From positions 90,582,001-90,646,000 of the forward strand of contig OX597818.1 of the NCBI GenBank assembly GCA_951406725.2: 64,000 bases of DNA. Reading direction: 5' to 3'. Below, in pieces: positions 59,656 to 64,000 of the stretch. This stretch comes from Octopus vulgaris. Lineage: Eukaryota. Below the pieces are notes generated by a model, which searched no databases, had not been told where the DNA came from, and was given only the letters and a program-made list of their open reading frames with translations. The position numbers and the translations under genes were made by a program. Position 1 is the first letter of the stretch. Each line of letters opens with the position of its first letter.

Positions 59656-60835
59656 GCTTATATATATATATATATTATATAGATAGATTTTCATTTGTGT
59701 GTGTGTGTGTGTGTGTTCATGTATATGTACACAACATCCACACATACACACACACATATATAAATTCTACTTTCAACAATAAGATGTCACCACTCCGACC
59801 CTCTAACCCCCTACTCGTACTAGTCATCACGGCCACGGAAATAGCAATGCACCTCCCCCGCACCCCACAACGTACTCCACGAATACCACCACCACCACCA
59901 CCACCACCACCACCAGCACCAGCACCACCACCACCAACACCACCACCACCACTGCCACCGCCAACACAGTTATCATCGCCGCCGCCCCAAATAGCACAAT
60001 TAGGACAGGAAAACAATAACAACAACAAATAAAAGAGCGTTAATAGTAACAACAAGAATGACGAAAACAACGACAACAACAAAAGAGAAAAGGAGAATAA
60101 AAGTAAATTAGGGTAATTTGGTAGATGAGCTTCCTGTCTTTGACTGCTTCGGTAAGCGGTCATTTTCCTTCAGTTCATTATCTTAGTGACCGTTTGCTGA
60201 CCGAAATATAGTACCTGGTACACTTGCTGATTACTGTCTTGTAACCATTTCATTTGGAACGCTACCACCTCATTCCAAAGGAAAATGGAACCATGTACTT
60301 CGGTATGATCGTGGTATTTTCAGAACTGATTGCTAGTTTGGACAGTGAGTGCTTGGATCGAATGAGTTTGTTAATCTCATTTCGAATCTCTGTTTGGGAA
60401 AATACAAGTAAATAAATTTTAAAAATTGATGATTTCTTCTTTGCTGAGTGTATGTATATAAAATGGTAAAATTAGCACTGTGTACCAGTCTTGGAGGTCC
60501 CGCAATCGAATCGTGGTAACATCTCTAGCTAATAAATTAAAAAGAATTGATGATGAATTCGTCCGGTTTGCCGCTTTAAATTCGTTCGTTTTGCTGCCTT
60601 TCATTCATTCGAAGTCTTTTACACGTTTCAGTCATTGACCTGCGCCCATACGGGGCACCAATTGCAAGGGTTTAGTCGAACAACCAATACCTTTAATTAT
60701 TTCTTTTAAATCTTGGCACTATTCTCACTTTTGCCAAACCGCTAGGTTACGGGGTCATCAAGAAACCAAAGCTAGTTGTCAAGCGGTCATGGAGGACAAA
60801 CACAAGGACACACACACGAACACACCCACACACAC

Positions 60836-60896
<61 letters not shown>

Positions 60897-60921
60897 TGAA
60901 TTTTATGCTGCTTTAAATAAA

Positions 60922-60961
<40 letters not shown>

Positions 60962-60966
<5 letters not shown>

Positions 60967-61202
60967 TAATTTAGGGTATCTAAGAGATACCAATACACTT
61001 GAAATAGCAACCAAACCGCATTAAAGTAAAACTTTTAATGTGGCTTTAGGGTCACGTTTTGGCTGCTATTTCAAGCGTGGTGGTATCTCTTAGCTATCCT
61101 AAATTATAATTTTGATAATAATTATTACCTTTTAAGGTATTCCCATGCTGGCCCCTTGATAAGTTCGATATTTAAATAACGATCTTATCCTTATTTTTAT
61201 AA

Positions 61203-61205
<3 letters not shown>
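60962..61205. repeat. Inverted repeat (60962-61015 / 61058-61111) with tail, in (TA)n
   Basis: aattataatttagg..taagagatacca..cttgaaatagcaaccaaa mirrored downstream. Confidence 0.8.
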
Positions 61206-61246
<41 letters not shown>

Positions 61247-61272
61247 GTATATATATATATATATATATATTA

Positions 61273-61344
<72 letters not shown>

Positions 61345-61415
61345 ATATATATATATATGAATATATATATGTATATATATATATGTATATATATAATATA
61401 TATAATATATATATA

Positions 61416-61479
<64 letters not shown>

Positions 61480-61666
61480 CGCAAGCATGACGGTGGTAAG
61501 ACGCTTGCTTTCCAACAGCATGGTTCTCGGTTCAGTCCCACTGCGTAGCGTCTAGCGCGAGTGTCTTCTACTATAGGCCTTGTAAATGGATTTGGTAGAC
61601 ACAAACTGAAAAGAAGCCCGTCGAATATATGTATGTGTGTGTATGTATGTGTGTGTGTGTGTGTGT

Positions 61667-61698
<32 letters not shown>

Positions 61699-61753
61699 AT
61701 AGTGTGATCGCTTTAACTAATTTCTTTCTAACAAACACGCACACACACACACG

Positions 61754-63169
61754 CAGAACTACACTAACAGCTTAGGAGTAAAATTTAGGATTTCTCGGTT
61801 TTCTGTGAGTCGATTTTGATAAAAAATTTCCCAGCTGGCTCGTACACTATGACAACATCTTTGTTGTGTTTTCATTATTGTGTAACGTCCTTTCTTTTTC
61901 ATTTCAGATTCTTCAGTTTTGGGGTGAACCACGCTAATAGCGTCTCTCCTCTTGAAGAACGATGGGGCGTGGAAAAGGCCTTAACAGTGAAGAAACGTCT
62001 GTCATCATCAAGAAAAGTACTAAAGGCACATCTCTTCATGTCATTGTGAAGTTAGGTCATCATGTTGACACAGTTAGACGATCCCTTCAGCATCCTTCGT
62101 CAAGGAAGAAACGATTCGATTGTGGGATCTCCAAGACAGCTAGAGTTTGAAGGAATATTGGCCGCAAATTTCATTGGAAACCTGAACAAACAAGCAAACC
62201 CATTTTCATCGCCTCCGGACTCGCTCATATACCGAAAACAGAAATCGCATCCTCGGGACCATGGCTTCCTTGTGAGAACCCCTGAAACTGCCTCCTTTAA
62301 TGACCCCTTACATGAGTTGTGTTTTATTGACTGACGAAGCCAGAGCATCCCTTGGGTAAATCCCTTGGGTAAATGGTTGGGTCTGTTTTGGGGATGAGCG
62401 TCTCCAACGTTTCCGACGTCAAAGAACAGGATGGAAGAGTCATGTTGGGGGCTGGTATCATTGGGGACAGAATTGTTGTCCCAGTCAAGATGCCTGCAAG
62501 GGGTTAAAGTTACTGCATCTGCCTACTGCAATCTCCTAATTGCGGTCTTCGATCCCTGCCTAGATGACATGCAGCTGTCACTTCTAGAGAATATCGTATT
62601 CATGCATGACAACGCTCCCTCCCACTCAACTAGAACCACTCCAAAATTACTAGGATCTTACAGCATAAAAGATGAATGGTTGACGGTGTGGCCACCAGCA
62701 GCTCCGTATTTCAACCCTATCGAAAATCTTTTGGTCAATCTACATCAAAAGATGTTTTATGGGTGACCATCAAAGCTGCACCAGAGTCAGTCCTATCTGC
62801 TACTATTAGGAAATTAACAGATTCCATGACTTGTAGCGATTTTGAAGTTATCCGTTGAAATGGTGCTCATGTGGCTAAACAATTCATTGTGTGAATAAAT
62901 GTTATAATATTATTATGGATTTCTGTTAAATATATTCGCAATGTATGCTTAATACGTATCATTTTCTGAAAAACAAAATGTCTAGATAGGTTTTCATTCA
63001 AAAGCTATTAGAATTTGAAATAAAGAAGAAATGACGTTACACAGAATAATGAAAACATGACAATGCTGTTGCCACAGTGTGCAAAAACCTGAGAAAAGTT
63101 TTATCAAAATCGATTCGCAGAAAACCGAGAAATCCTAAATGTCACTCCTAAGCTATTACCGTGATTCTG
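61754..63169 (+). mobile_element. Decayed Tc1-like DD37E (TRT-type) DNA transposon
   Basis: Imperfect TIRs of about 150 bp (agcttaggagt..atttaggatttctcggttttctg / cagaaaaccgagaaatcctaaat..actcctaagct). Transposase remnants MGRGKGL (61962), LTDEARA and MHDNAPSH...WPP...NPIENL with 37 residues between D and E. Confidence 0.85.
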
Positions 63170-63546
63170 GTTGCATATATACATACATACATACATACAT
63201 CCATACATACATACATACATATGTATATATGTATATATATATGTATATATGTACATATATATATATATATATATATAGAACGAAACCGGTTGAACGATCA
63301 CACTTGTTCTGCTGATAGACTGAATGTAAAGATATTTCTTTACGTTTGCCTGTTGCAACCAATTACGATCCCAGTAACATACAACATGGTAAATTTATAG
63401 TTTTAAAAATGTGCTACATACCGTTTCAATGCTGAATTAATTGGCTTTGCTGCCAGCAATATGCTATTTAAGTATGTCATGATTTCCGATTTAGCATACT
63501 TTTAAATGTAGAGAATGGATATTGAGTGTATCCTAGGGCGAATAGT

Positions 63547-63590
63547 GGATTCTGATGAGCGTTCTACATAGCGTCGAAACTAGTTGGATC
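63547..63590 (+). ncRNA. Hammerhead-like motif (degenerate stem I)
   Basis: ggatt CTGATGA gcgttctacatagcgtc GAAA ctag TT ggatc; palindromic stem III ACTAGT. Confidence 0.5.
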
Positions 63591-63834
63591 GTATAAATGC
63601 TAGAAATTATGAGAAGCCACAGAATTAATCTAAAACTGCGGTCAACGTGAAATGAAGCAAATGGAGCAACGTGAAACGAAGTCTTTTGCTTAAAGACACA
63701 ATGGGTAACCCAATCTGGGAATCGAATCCATGACCTAGCAATCGTGAGTGCAACAGCCTAGCCATTAGACCACTCTCCTTCACTACACACACACGCACGC
63801 ACATACACACACACACGCGCGCTCACACACATAC

Positions 63835-63879
<45 letters not shown>

Positions 63880-63880
63880 T

Positions 63881-63928
<48 letters not shown>

Positions 63929-64000
63929 CAGGGTGTTTAGAAAAATATGTGCCTCAATTTTTTAATGGTTTTCAGGGTTTTGAATTATCACAAAAATATA

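Noticed and set aside
59697-60163. Proline-rich and antisense glycine-rich ORFs
   Set aside because: Derived from (CCA)n/(CAA)n simple repeats; no splice or homology support. A similar tract lies at 12868-13269.

Overview
AT-rich, microsatellite-dense eukaryotic genomic DNA. The gene and repeat content indicate an octopod cephalopod (inference). I find one host gene: a + strand S-crystallin (sigma-class-GST-derived lens protein). It has seven coding exons with GT-AG introns (25091-41762; 954 nt, 317 aa). Its central loop comes from two phase 0-0 exons, one carrying 21 tandem (R/C)-(S/G)-(D/E)-M tetrapeptides. The rest is mobile DNA: three tRNA-headed SINE families, truncated CR1/L2-, RTE- and R4/Dong-type LINEs, DD34E Tc1, DD37E and mariner relics, non-autonomous Helitrons and a 5S rRNA pseudogene. 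A hidden layer consists of short non-coding elements in or next to (TA)n tracts. They share an 'inverted arm-spacer-arm-tail' or partial tandem layout, and many carry type I hammerhead-ribozyme motifs (about ten candidates), as in Penelope-like elements and retrozymes. Almost all ORFs in the supplied track are microsatellite or repeat artefacts. All alignments and folds were done by eye.
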